DNA of 64,000 nucleotides from a virus. Taxonomy: Duplodnaviria; Caudoviricetes. The stretch lies in the IMG/VR virus record IMGVR_UViG_3300030372_001977, positions 1-64,000 of that record; one strand, given 5' to 3'. Below are positions 55,601-64,000 of this stretch, one piece after another (the stretch's first letter is position 1; each line of letters starts with the position of its first letter). The notes beneath the pieces were generated by a model that was given only the letters and a program-made list of their open reading frames with translations, was not told the origin of the DNA and did no database searches. A program made the translations under genes and the position numbers.

Positions 55601-56989
55601 TTCTTTAACAAGCATAACAACTTCTAATGCTTGCATTACATCTAGTGCATCTAATTCAGTTTTTAATTTGTATATTTCACTCATATTTTCTAATGTAGCT
55701 CTTTCGTTTTCAGGAAGCTCCATTATTTTATCATATGTATTAATTGCAGAAGCTAATGAATTTCCCATACTATTTACAGTAGCTAACAAATCCTCTACTT
55801 TTTCAACTTTATCTAAACCTTGCTTAAGATTCTGTAGTTTATAAATACGTTTTTCTCGTTCTTCTGGTGGTAATTGCTCTACTTCATATATTTCAGATGC
55901 TATCCGTACTTTTAAGTTTTGTACAATTTCTGTAAAGTATTCTGAATGATCTCTGCTTTCCTGTGTGTAAGGACTTATAGGATTAAGCATTCCCTCTGCA
56001 CGAAGCTTTTTAGCAAACATTTCTTCTGCAATAATTGCAGCTGCGTTAGGTTCAATACCAAATAGTTTTCCAAATGCACGCAATATTCTATTTATAAATT
56101 GTTGTAGTGGACTAGGATTATCTCTTACAATTCTAGCGCCTTCTAACCCAATTGCTGTAGCTAGTACTTCTTTGTCTAATCTTTCCCCGGTTAATTCAGG
56201 ATACATTTCCTGCACTTTTCTGTACAAGTTAGTATCTCTAAGCTGAGCTATTGCTGCAGCTACTACAGGGTCGTTAACACCTAACATGTCAATATAAATA
56301 TGACCAAACTCATGATAGGCAGTGTCATCTTTTACTTTGTTAGGATTAAGAACTACCACGGGATTTGTTTCTCCTGGCCTTACTTCTCCTAAGTTATCTA
56401 TTTCAGTATCATATATAACATCTACTACAACACCTGCTTTAGAAAATGCCTCTTTTAACTGTACTACCTTAGACTCAAGCCTATCTATATCTTCTTTAGC
56501 CATGTCAGAGAACTTACTCTGATCACTAGTATTCTCTTGCCTTGCTTTCTCTGATAGATAATAATCTTCCGTATTTTCTTTACCTGCAACAAGACGTACA
56601 TACTGATCTAATTCCGTCTGGTCGTTATATGTAAAGTCTGCAGTTTCTGGACCCTCTTTTTGTATAGTTTTTAGTAAAGCTTCATTAATATCTAACACAT
56701 GCAACTCTGATGCTCTAGAATAAATAGTTTCTGGGGTTGTTTTTATAAAGGTAGTTTTTAATAATCCCGGATATTTACCATTTATTCTTTCTATTTCTCT
56801 TAAGCTAGGTTGTAGATTAGCTTGGTTTAAATATGTAGAACCACGGAATTTTGTAGCTATACCATTGTTTTTCAATATTTTATACACTGCATTAGAAGTT
56901 TTCTTTTCTGCAGATGTATTATCCATGTAGCCATATAACTCTGTATATAACTTACTTTCTACTCCATTTATATAATATTTACACGCCAT
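52628..56989 (-). CDS. giant virion cargo (ejection) protein with zincin motif
   Basis: 1453 aa, helical; AYHEFGH (56314-56300) with downstream KEVLA; adjacent to the vRNAP gene as in crAss-like phages. Confidence 0.75.
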   Translation of the reverse strand: MACKYYINGVESKLYTELYGYMDNTSAEKKTSNAVYKILKNNGIATKFRGSTYLNQANLQPSLREIERINGKYPGLLKTTFIKTTPETIYSRASELHVLDINEALLKTIQKEGPETADFTYNDQTELDQYVRLVAGKENTEDYYLSEKARQENTSDQSKFSDMAKEDIDRLESKVVQLKEAFSKAGVVVDVIYDTEIDNLGEVRPGETNPVVVLNPNKVKDDTAYHEFGHIYIDMLGVNDPVVAAAIAQLRDTNLYRKVQEMYPELTGERLDKEVLATAIGLEGARIVRDNPSPLQQFINRILRAFGKLFGIEPNAAAIIAEEMFAKKLRAEGMLNPISPYTQESRDHSEYFTEIVQNLKVRIASEIYEVEQLPPEEREKRIYKLQNLKQGLDKVEKVEDLLATVNSMGNSLASAINTYDKIMELPENERATLENMSEIYKLKTELDALDVMQALEVVMLVKENEGKVLDQGKFDTLEGRLNSILRSARVYSMKFNDEVIPIMAQFLSGYHNKAIDPQLQAQIDNAIKYKRTQGLNTQTIEYKELKKSFDAGEITAVEFLNKKVDLKVEQLKNKMIPNYGALVKQLRAANKDKSGFSYLLDPLIYSNDNAIQLFVKSVQDADLRKNDMTRMFKSKLSAAYNKFAEGRSESDVSKLNDDLLEEVTIRGVKRLAIVNPIDSDKYYKDKQAFIKKINIEYGQPQKREGQSEEAFKAAYSAWKLSNNYKRARQEETKWDKENSEPVDNWRQELKVLNKQIEQARKLRQKLKEDGQEDSDAYSMQTGRLQELIKFKDANYNSLTGSPRREWVRPRKDKYTNLKYIKIQNNPILKEYYNFVLEELQKGHEMVGATRMDKNSWDKFSYLMPSIRKEDVDRLREQGLLAGTKDILKEGFSIVETDDQFGTYDQNSGELNKRVPVYYTNRVPASDVSRDIASSLYKFRHMAHNYKVKSEVVGQVMLFRDIIKDRKTLVTNSGGIEYIQKTAEAMGFKMPLLKEGDSFNFKHVDEWIDTVMFGQNELKQNFRGISATKAVGALNSFTAISTLSFNLLQGTNQLILDNLTMAQEAVAKQFMSASDLAWAKTQYWFEGGAMTDIGRFDPKTKLGKAMEYFDALTEFTDHEGNQIVGGKARKFLSTNNLLFLQQAAEHELSGTRLLGLMRSLKGKLKDSDGNVIKNDKGEPADLYDMLTIDKDGVMSVDPRVDNFNRLDFIGLVQGLSRRTNQTKGKMHQPMLQRRAYGKLLMLFRSWLLPGIRRRYGHGGGSTLRVDEELGTVTQGMYISFWNMIRESISNREFAYSKMTEMERQNVKRTFVELSAMIAAAAIVNGLASLDADEDDWAVNFAMYQAKRYHTEIMQWNPAVGYKEAFRIMRSPTATARPIEKGFELMSQIGSDLGYFSGVAPWVDEKDVYYQRRTGRFNKGDRKIRKDFEDLLPIWRGFTRSGSPGDAYKWFTTLQ

Positions 56990-56994
56990 ATATT

Positions 56995-59900
56995 TTAACT
57001 TTTACAAACTTTTTGTGCCTGCTGGTCTTCTTTAACGATGACCGGTGGTTTTGGTTGTTGGAACTTAGCGCCAGGCCTATCAGTTGTAGTATTAACTGCA
57101 AAATTAACTAAACTTTCTGAATTACTACTCGATATTCCTGACTCATTTAATTTTCTAGATTTACCTAACATTGATAATCTTTGGTATTTACCGTTTTCTA
57201 CATTTACAAATACATTAGCCTGACCTGTAGCGTAAGATAAAAAGTAATCTAAATTTAAATTATTATCTCCGTATATTCTAGAGTCTTGTTTATTAAAACT
57301 TACAAATCCATCTGGACTCATTTTAATTTTTCTAATAGTTTTTAGTAGTGACACTCCTCCCGGGCTTTGCAATCCGTATGTTCTTACAAACTCATGCTGG
57401 AAGTTATCAAAGTAATCTGTCTTAGTTAACGCTGTAGCTTCTTGTCTAAAAAACTCTACAGGACTTTCTGCTGATGTATTTAACATGTTTGTAGTTAATG
57501 CTTCTGTAGGTATTAGATCTATGTAGCTTCCAAATGTAGGATTAAAACCACTAGTTAGAATTTGATTAACTACAAGAGATTTACCAAAGTCTCGTATTTC
57601 TTCATTAGGACTACTAATCAATTGGTTTAAACTATCACTAAACTGATTCTTATCTGTTGTAGATATTCCTATTGGTAAATCTAAACGTAATAAAAATAAA
57701 CCGGTTTCTTTATTAGATGGATCCTCTTCTAGAGCTTGTACAAATAAATTATTATTTAGTTCTGGATACTTAACTTTTATTTCTTCTAGTTTAGTAACTA
57801 GATTATTATTAGGATTTATATACATATTTCTAAAAGTATTTTCAGAAATAATACCTCCATCTATAAAAGGACTGTTAGGCTGAGTCATTATCTTTAAAAA
57901 TAATGCTCTGTCTATTAGTTTATGCTGCTTGTCTGTAAATCTAGAGACGCCTAGAGATTCTTTTAGGTTATCTTTAAATGTATTGAATGCTGGAGAATTG
58001 TTTATAAACCCTGCTCGACCAGCTTCTTCTAGTATAGTATCAAATATCCCTCTATATGCAACTCCTATAGGATTTAACGGCTTGTCTGTTCCTTTATTGT
58101 GTAGTATAAACTCTTCTGCTCCTGATATTAAACTGTCTACATTATTTAGATATAAATTTTCTCTATCTATCCAAGCTATAACCGATGATAGTTCGTTTAC
58201 ATTATCTATATTATCAGGTGTTATAATTTTATTTACAGTTTGTAATGCTCTACCTGCTTTGTAAAATGTTTTAAAGTTTAGTAGATATTGTGCTTGTAGC
58301 TCAGGATCTGCTTCTGATAGATTATCTTGCAATTGTATTGAAGACATAGGAAAGTTTGGTGCAAAATCAGGATTGTTTATTTTATATTTTTTAGCTATTT
58401 TATCTATAGACTGATTAAACTCTCCTAGAGATCTTGCATTTAATTTTGCATCATCTGTAATCTCTCTAATTATAGGTTGGTTTACAAAGTTTAATGCTGT
58501 ATCTATAGGAATACCTAAACTATAGAATAGTCCTAAAACTGGATTAGTATATATATTATCATTTATATCTAACTGTATAGGCTCCTTAGCATAATCAGTA
58601 GCTCCAGATAAGTGCTCTGATATATTAGCATCAGTGTAGTTTCCTTTTATGTCTTTTGTAACTCCTAAATCTCCATAGTTTACATTGTCAATTGACAGCA
58701 TAAATTCTGGTTTTAATCTTAAAAGCTTTGCAGTCTCTGATACATTTCTACCCGCCAAATGATTTGCCCATAATCCAATTAGACTAGCTCCTTCTTTAGT
58801 TCTCTCTTCCATAGCTATTTCTGCTAAAGGACTGTTGTAATCTATTGTAGTATCTACACCAATTTTATCAGATAAAAATGCTTTAGAATCTCTTAGACTT
58901 TGTATATCTAGTGGCTTTATAACTTCTTCTAAATGTTTTGCATCTGTTAGTATAGACTTAAATACATCAAATACTACATTGTTTCTTTCTTTTCTACTCA
59001 TTTTAGAAGGGTCTACAGAATAATCCGGTTTAACAACGTTTCCATCTGTATCTACTTCAGGGAGTATTATATTTAGCTTATCAATATCAAAGTCACTACC
59101 CATCTGTACAGTTATAGCTCCAGGTACCATGATAGCTTTTTCATGTGACTCTGGTAAAAAGTCTACTACCTCCATAAACAATGATGAATTCTTACCCTGT
59201 TGAGGTATACGATACCCAATAACTTGTAGTTTTTCTTTTGGTACATCTTCTATTTTAACGTTAGGCTCTAATCCTAATGCGCTAGCTTTTATTCTTATTT
59301 GTGCAGCATTTGTTCCGTCATAAAACTCTAACTCTCCACTTACTGTATGCCCACCAAGCTCTGCAATCTGCACTAACTCTTTACCTTTAAACTTCTGATT
59401 AAACAGTTCATTATTATATGTGCTCATAAATATACCTTCAAACTTAGCTTGATAGTTAGGAAAAGCTAGTGGTATTTTAAATGTCCAGTCAAATGCTCCA
59501 TTAGGGACTATGTTTAATGCTTCTAGATAATTATCAGGCAAGTCTCTATCTTTAATTTGCCTAGCCATTTTATCTCTAACATTTATTAGATAGTTTAGTT
59601 TAGCATCTCTATACTCTTTAGTACCTTCTCTACCCCTTAACTTTTTTATTTGTGTAATACCTAGTTCTTTTTCTAAGTTTACTCTATCTTCGTTTATATT
59701 AGCAGCTATAGATTCTCCGTATATCTTATATAGTAACGAGCCTGATACTGTAACATCTCCTAATTTATATTGCTGTGTTGGAAATATGTTTGCAGTTATA
59801 TTTTTTCTAATCTGTCTGTTAAATGCTAACTCATCTTTTTTAGTTCTAGGCATCATTTGTGGAAACCTCAACATCTTAGAGTCCATAACTGTTGGATTTG

Positions 59901-62900
59901 ACACATCTAAATTTCCTGTTCCTTCAAAATCTTGTACATTTCTTTTAGCTCCTTTAGTTGCACTTACTGTATTAACTACATCGATACCATTGTTCATAGC
60001 ATCTAACATAGTAGATAAGTAAGGGTAGAACATAGCTAACTCTGGAGTTACAACTGTATATGAATTTTTATCCATATATAGTGTGTTTACACTATTTTGT
60101 AAAGATAATTCTTCGTGGAACGGTTTTAACGGATATATAGGCATAGCTTGCCCGCTGTTATTAATATATCTATTAACTTCAGGATTTCTAGCATTGTTGT
60201 ATGCTTCTTCATCTTTTACGGTCCACTGACCTAGTCCTTGCATTATACCACGATACATCGGTAAACTAATAAATGATTGTGCATCTGACTTGTTTACACT
60301 GCGGTAGTCTTGAGCTATCTCTTCTGCTGTAAACATATCTATACCTTGACTTTGTAATGTTGTAGATAAGCTATCTGCTATTTCATTAGCTCTTTCTTTA
60401 TCTGTAAAATCAAAATCTCTAATAGTAATAGTATTATATGTAGGAGGCATACCATATGTTGGATCTGTCTCAGACATACCTTTAATAAATAGTTTATTAC
60501 CTGGTGTTTTTAGAAGAGCCATACGTTTATAGAAGTCTTCTGTATTTTTAGCAAAGCTAAATCCTCCTCTTAACACTTTAGTAATTTCTATTTTACCTAT
60601 AAAATTTTCAAATATAAAATCCTTAAGAAATTTATTACGTTTAGTATCCGTATCTAACTCAGAGCTAACTTCTGTAAACAGATCTATTCCGTAGCTATTA
60701 ATTTTTTGTACTATATCCTCTTCGTAAAGTTTTATTTTGTTTTCAACGTCATTTATTTTATCATTTAGTAATGTCTCAAACTCTTCTCTTTGTACAAATT
60801 GTTTATTTAAAATGTAGTCTTTTGTATAGTCAGACATTTCAGTACCATCTTTTAATATTGTATTTTGTAGTCCTGATATTTGTGTCATAGTAAATGCAGA
60901 ACCATCTGCCGCATAAGGATCTGCTATGTTCTTATAGTGATAACCTTCTATTAATATGCTAGGGTCACTCATTTTAAATGCTTCTATTATCAGTTCATTA
61001 GCTTGATCCATTCTAGCTAAGTCTTGTAATATTAAATTTTCTATTAACTGTTTTCTATTAGTGCTTACCCCATATTTTAAATAACTACTAATTCTAGGTA
61101 TAGTTAAAAAATCTAAAGATTGTCTTCCCGCTTGTATAGGTAATGCTACCTTAGTAAAGTTTTTACTTCCTCTGTTTTGATATGCTAGCAATCTTTCTAT
61201 TAAAGATATTTTACTAGTTTGGTTATCATAATCCGAGCTAGCTACTAACTCATCAGAAGATTTGTATGAGTCTAGCACTTCATGTATAAAGTTTCTTCTA
61301 GCCTCTTCGTTGTTATGTAGCGCAGATATTAAAGGAGATGAATGCTTAATACTTCCGTAAGGTCTGTTTAGAGGATCTGTTAAAAGCTGAGTTAAAAGTT
61401 TAATTTTTCCATCTGCTTCTTTAGGGTTATTAATTTCACTAGTAAGTTCATGTAATCTTGTAGGAAGATTAATAGGATAGTACTGTTTGTTTGTTCCGCT
61501 AATAAAGGATCCAAATGGTTTAGACTCAAATAGAGGAGCAATGTCTACAAGCTTATCCACTAAACTGCTGTGTTCTCTGTAGATGTCTTTTGGATTTTCT
61601 TGGTTAATACTATTTACAAACTTGTTAAGATTATTTCCTGGCTCAAATACTAGCCTAGAGAATAAGTTATTTTCAGCTACACCTTCTTCATTCCCTAGAT
61701 TATAATACCTTAATAAATTTTCTTGTGTTGTTTCTAGAGATGGTCCGTACTGCATACCTAATGTCCACAGGTATTCTCCTAAAGCTAGAATATCTTCTGT
61801 ATCCCATTGTCCTCTTTTTGTATTGTTAACAGCACTAATTTGATCCCAAAGCTTTACTAGTAACTCTTTCTTATCTTCTTTTACTGATATTTTATTATCA
61901 GCATCTATCATATATATAGCTCTATCATTAGGTATTAACCTTTGTCTAGAGTTTTCTCTAAATTTTTCTTTAGCCTTTTTACTTATTTGACTTTGATTAG
62001 AGTTAATAATTTTATTTGTAGTGCTTATCTGTCCTGTTATAGGATCTGTGTATAACTCACTTTTAAATAGAATAAAATTATTGTATGCTGTTTTAAAGTT
62101 AGTGAATAAAGCTGCTTCTTCTTGAGGTGTAAGTGTATCTAGCTTAGCTCTTAAAGCTACTGCTTCAGGTTTGTACAATGCATACCAGTCTAGTTTACTT
62201 CTCATGTCAGCAAAGGTAGGCTCACCTACAGCTGCTTCAGCCATAATACTGTATGCTTTATCCATAGACATAATTACAGGATACCCAAAACTGTTAAGTG
62301 TCCCTAACTTAATATTGCCTAGAATAGATCTTGCTTCAGAAGACAACTTATCTCTTGGGTTTTCTTCTAAGCTAGACATGCTATATATCTTTTCAGGAGT
62401 ATCATCAAACTCCTCCATAGTACCTGCTCTATCTGAGAGCTTCATACCATATGCCGATAGACTGTCTTTTAGTATTTCTCTAACACCTACTTTTTCTATG
62501 TTACCTGTAATAGGATTTCTTTCTGTATTCCAATTATGGTAAGCAAATATAAAAATTTGACTTGCATTGTTAGGGGCCCCTGGTACAGTGTTCATACTAA
62601 CACCTTCAGGGAGCGCTTCTACAAAAGCATCTTTACCTTCTGTAGTTAATATTTTATAAAGTCTTTTAGCTTCTTGTATATCGTCTAGTCCTTGGAATGC
62701 TTCTAATAAAAGTTTATCTGCTAAGTCTCCTTTCTCTTCTGTATCTTGAGCTAGACCAAAGTATTTATTAACGTCTCCTTTAAATGTCTCCGGATTGTTT
62801 TCTTTGACGGTATTTACAAAGTTAACTATTGTATTAATAAGCTCATCTTGTAACTCTCTCCCTATATTTAATACACTGCTTTTTTCTTTTACTTCTACAG

Positions 62901-63174
62901 GTATTTCCCAAGTATCTCCTTTGTTATTTTTAAAAGAAACATACCCAGTTTCATATGCTAATTTAGGCTCTCCATTATTATCAGTAAATAAATCTACATT
63001 ATAATCTTTTTCCCAGTCTTTACCATACCACTTCTTAAACTCTGCAGAATGTATGTCATCATAAATTTTTGTAGCTTCATTACTATCTCGTGTAGCAATT
63101 TTTAAATCTTCGTATAACTCAGATGTCTTACCGTTTGGTAGTATAGCTTTTCCTTTTTGTACTCTACAACTCAT
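56995..63174 (-). CDS. virion-packaged DNA-dependent RNA polymerase (crAss/phi14:2 gp66-type)
   Basis: 2059 aa; catalytic GSDFDIDK (59094-59080), GYRIPQQG, KSDAQ, QIRKN motifs. Confidence 0.9.
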   Translation of the reverse strand: MSCRVQKGKAILPNGKTSELYEDLKIATRDSNEATKIYDDIHSAEFKKWYGKDWEKDYNVDLFTDNNGEPKLAYETGYVSFKNNKGDTWEIPVEVKEKSSVLNIGRELQDELINTIVNFVNTVKENNPETFKGDVNKYFGLAQDTEEKGDLADKLLLEAFQGLDDIQEAKRLYKILTTEGKDAFVEALPEGVSMNTVPGAPNNASQIFIFAYHNWNTERNPITGNIEKVGVREILKDSLSAYGMKLSDRAGTMEEFDDTPEKIYSMSSLEENPRDKLSSEARSILGNIKLGTLNSFGYPVIMSMDKAYSIMAEAAVGEPTFADMRSKLDWYALYKPEAVALRAKLDTLTPQEEAALFTNFKTAYNNFILFKSELYTDPITGQISTTNKIINSNQSQISKKAKEKFRENSRQRLIPNDRAIYMIDADNKISVKEDKKELLVKLWDQISAVNNTKRGQWDTEDILALGEYLWTLGMQYGPSLETTQENLLRYYNLGNEEGVAENNLFSRLVFEPGNNLNKFVNSINQENPKDIYREHSSLVDKLVDIAPLFESKPFGSFISGTNKQYYPINLPTRLHELTSEINNPKEADGKIKLLTQLLTDPLNRPYGSIKHSSPLISALHNNEEARRNFIHEVLDSYKSSDELVASSDYDNQTSKISLIERLLAYQNRGSKNFTKVALPIQAGRQSLDFLTIPRISSYLKYGVSTNRKQLIENLILQDLARMDQANELIIEAFKMSDPSILIEGYHYKNIADPYAADGSAFTMTQISGLQNTILKDGTEMSDYTKDYILNKQFVQREEFETLLNDKINDVENKIKLYEEDIVQKINSYGIDLFTEVSSELDTDTKRNKFLKDFIFENFIGKIEITKVLRGGFSFAKNTEDFYKRMALLKTPGNKLFIKGMSETDPTYGMPPTYNTITIRDFDFTDKERANEIADSLSTTLQSQGIDMFTAEEIAQDYRSVNKSDAQSFISLPMYRGIMQGLGQWTVKDEEAYNNARNPEVNRYINNSGQAMPIYPLKPFHEELSLQNSVNTLYMDKNSYTVVTPELAMFYPYLSTMLDAMNNGIDVVNTVSATKGAKRNVQDFEGTGNLDVSNPTVMDSKMLRFPQMMPRTKKDELAFNRQIRKNITANIFPTQQYKLGDVTVSGSLLYKIYGESIAANINEDRVNLEKELGITQIKKLRGREGTKEYRDAKLNYLINVRDKMARQIKDRDLPDNYLEALNIVPNGAFDWTFKIPLAFPNYQAKFEGIFMSTYNNELFNQKFKGKELVQIAELGGHTVSGELEFYDGTNAAQIRIKASALGLEPNVKIEDVPKEKLQVIGYRIPQQGKNSSLFMEVVDFLPESHEKAIMVPGAITVQMGSDFDIDKLNIILPEVDTDGNVVKPDYSVDPSKMSRKERNNVVFDVFKSILTDAKHLEEVIKPLDIQSLRDSKAFLSDKIGVDTTIDYNSPLAEIAMEERTKEGASLIGLWANHLAGRNVSETAKLLRLKPEFMLSIDNVNYGDLGVTKDIKGNYTDANISEHLSGATDYAKEPIQLDINDNIYTNPVLGLFYSLGIPIDTALNFVNQPIIREITDDAKLNARSLGEFNQSIDKIAKKYKINNPDFAPNFPMSSIQLQDNLSEADPELQAQYLLNFKTFYKAGRALQTVNKIITPDNIDNVNELSSVIAWIDRENLYLNNVDSLISGAEEFILHNKGTDKPLNPIGVAYRGIFDTILEEAGRAGFINNSPAFNTFKDNLKESLGVSRFTDKQHKLIDRALFLKIMTQPNSPFIDGGIISENTFRNMYINPNNNLVTKLEEIKVKYPELNNNLFVQALEEDPSNKETGLFLLRLDLPIGISTTDKNQFSDSLNQLISSPNEEIRDFGKSLVVNQILTSGFNPTFGSYIDLIPTEALTTNMLNTSAESPVEFFRQEATALTKTDYFDNFQHEFVRTYGLQSPGGVSLLKTIRKIKMSPDGFVSFNKQDSRIYGDNNLNLDYFLSYATGQANVFVNVENGKYQRLSMLGKSRKLNESGISSSNSESLVNFAVNTTTDRPGAKFQQPKPPVIVKEDQQAQKVCKS

Positions 63175-63175
63175 A

Positions 63176-64000
63176 TTAACATTTTTTACCTAAGTCGTCA
63201 AAGAATATGTTTAGTTGATCATTATCGCTCTTTTTTATTGTCTTAGTTTTTGATTTTGTTTCTACTTTAGTTTCTGGTCTTATTGCGGCTAATTGCATAT
63301 CATATTTATCATTGATTTCATTTATAAGAGTTTGGTTTGTTACACCTTTTAAAGCTTTTCTTCTTTTAACTTCAATGTTAACTGCTTGGTTCCGTGTCTC
63401 TGATGAACTATATATATTTTTCATATTCTGTTCAGAGGCTATAAAAGCTTCTCTTTTAATCTTAGTATTCTTAATAATCTCTGGTGCAGTCTCACCTAGT
63501 AGATCTCCTTTCTCAAATATTACTCTAGGACTGTTAAACATACTTTCTCCTTTTCTAGTTATATCTGTAGTTAGTATAGCATTATATCCTACACCATCTA
63601 CTCTTGCTTCATCTCCTAGTTCTTTAGAGCTAAATAAATATTCTTGATAACTACTATATTGTATATCTGTTACTGGGCTAGTATATGGAGTTTTTTGATT
63701 ACCCAAATCTCTATCTACATTATATTTTTTAGTTTCTAAAAACTCTGTTAAATCTTTTGCTAGGTCTAGTTTTGATTTTGTTGTATCAGATTTACCTCCT
63801 ACAAATTTTTCATTCTTTTCAGTTACAATATGGAATGTGCTTTCTTGGTCAGTTCCTAAACCTTTTGCTAATTCGTTTTCATTTATTCTAATTAACTTTC
63901 CTAGCTTAGGACTATTATAAACTATATATTTAGTTCCATCCTCAAACTCTGCAAACTCTAAGTAGGATGGATTTGTATTAGCACCACTTCTTATAGAACT
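63176..64000 (-). CDS. C-terminal part of another cargo protein, truncated by the window edge
   Basis: The frame of the 176-aa track ORF stays open from 63706 to 64000 (98 more codons, SSIRSGANTN...); the TTG start is not real; ends ...LGKKC. Confidence 0.75.
   Translation of the reverse strand, partial: SSIRSGANTNPSYLEFAEFEDGTKYIVYNSPKLGKLIRINENELAKGLGTDQESTFHIVTEKNEKFVGGKSDTTKSKLDLAKDLTEFLETKKYNVDRDLGNQKTPYTSPVTDIQYSSYQEYLFSSKELGDEARVDGVGYNAILTTDITRKGESMFNSPRVIFEKGDLLGETAPEIIKNTKIKREAFIASEQNMKNIYSSSETRNQAVNIEVKRRKALKGVTNQTLINEINDKYDMQLAAIRPETKVETKSKTKTIKKSDNDQLNIFFDDLGKKC

Noticed and set aside
63176-63706. Separate 176-aa gene as given in the ORF track
   Set aside because: The frame is open to the window edge; it is the tail of a larger cargo protein
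1-64000. Alternative genetic code (TAG or TGA reassignment, known in some Crassvirales)
   Set aside because: Long genes are uninterrupted in the standard code, and TAG (1666, 26684, 33704, 45990) and TGA (5815, 35372, 46295) end genes right where the next gene begins
1-64000. Prophage or temperate lifestyle markers
   Set aside because: No integrase, repressor/antirepressor pair or flanking host genes in the window; PolA has Phe rather than Leu at the 762-equivalent

Overview
AT-rich 64-kb fragment of a crAss-like (Crassvirales-type) dsDNA phage in the standard genetic code. The host is probably Bacteroidota/Flavobacteriia: TAnnTTTG promoters, signal peptides cleaved before Gln and a T9SS-type C-terminal sorting signal all point that way. 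There are three strand blocks. (1) 1-32372, minus strand: packaging and structural operon (groES, HU-like, TerL, SET-domain protein, portal, lytic-transglycosylase-like protein, scaffold-like, MCP, ring/tail/fibre proteins), then a cassette of host-envelope-targeted genes and an M15 peptidase endolysin. (2) 33005-52591, plus strand: early and replication genes (PolA, UDG, SF2 helicase, DnaB, AAA ATPase, SSB, primase, phosphoesterase, nuclease, SPL-like radical SAM, vWA/MoxR, 5'-3' exonuclease, DUF1599-like). (3) 52628-64000, minus strand: giant virion cargo proteins, including the crAss-type virion RNA polymerase (DFDID motif) and a zincin-containing protein; the first is cut by the window edge. 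The best leads are a phage-borne export/surface-display cassette (T9SS-type cargo, outer-membrane beta-barrel, CxxC-less exported thioredoxin fold, micro-lipoprotein), a strict terminal-cysteine pattern in the cargo proteins that suggests a head-to-tail disulfide chain, several candidate structured RNAs, and a SET-domain gene between terL and portal near an HU-like gene. No tRNA, CRISPR array, integrase, intron or intein was recognised. All family calls are motif recognition by eye, not database searches.
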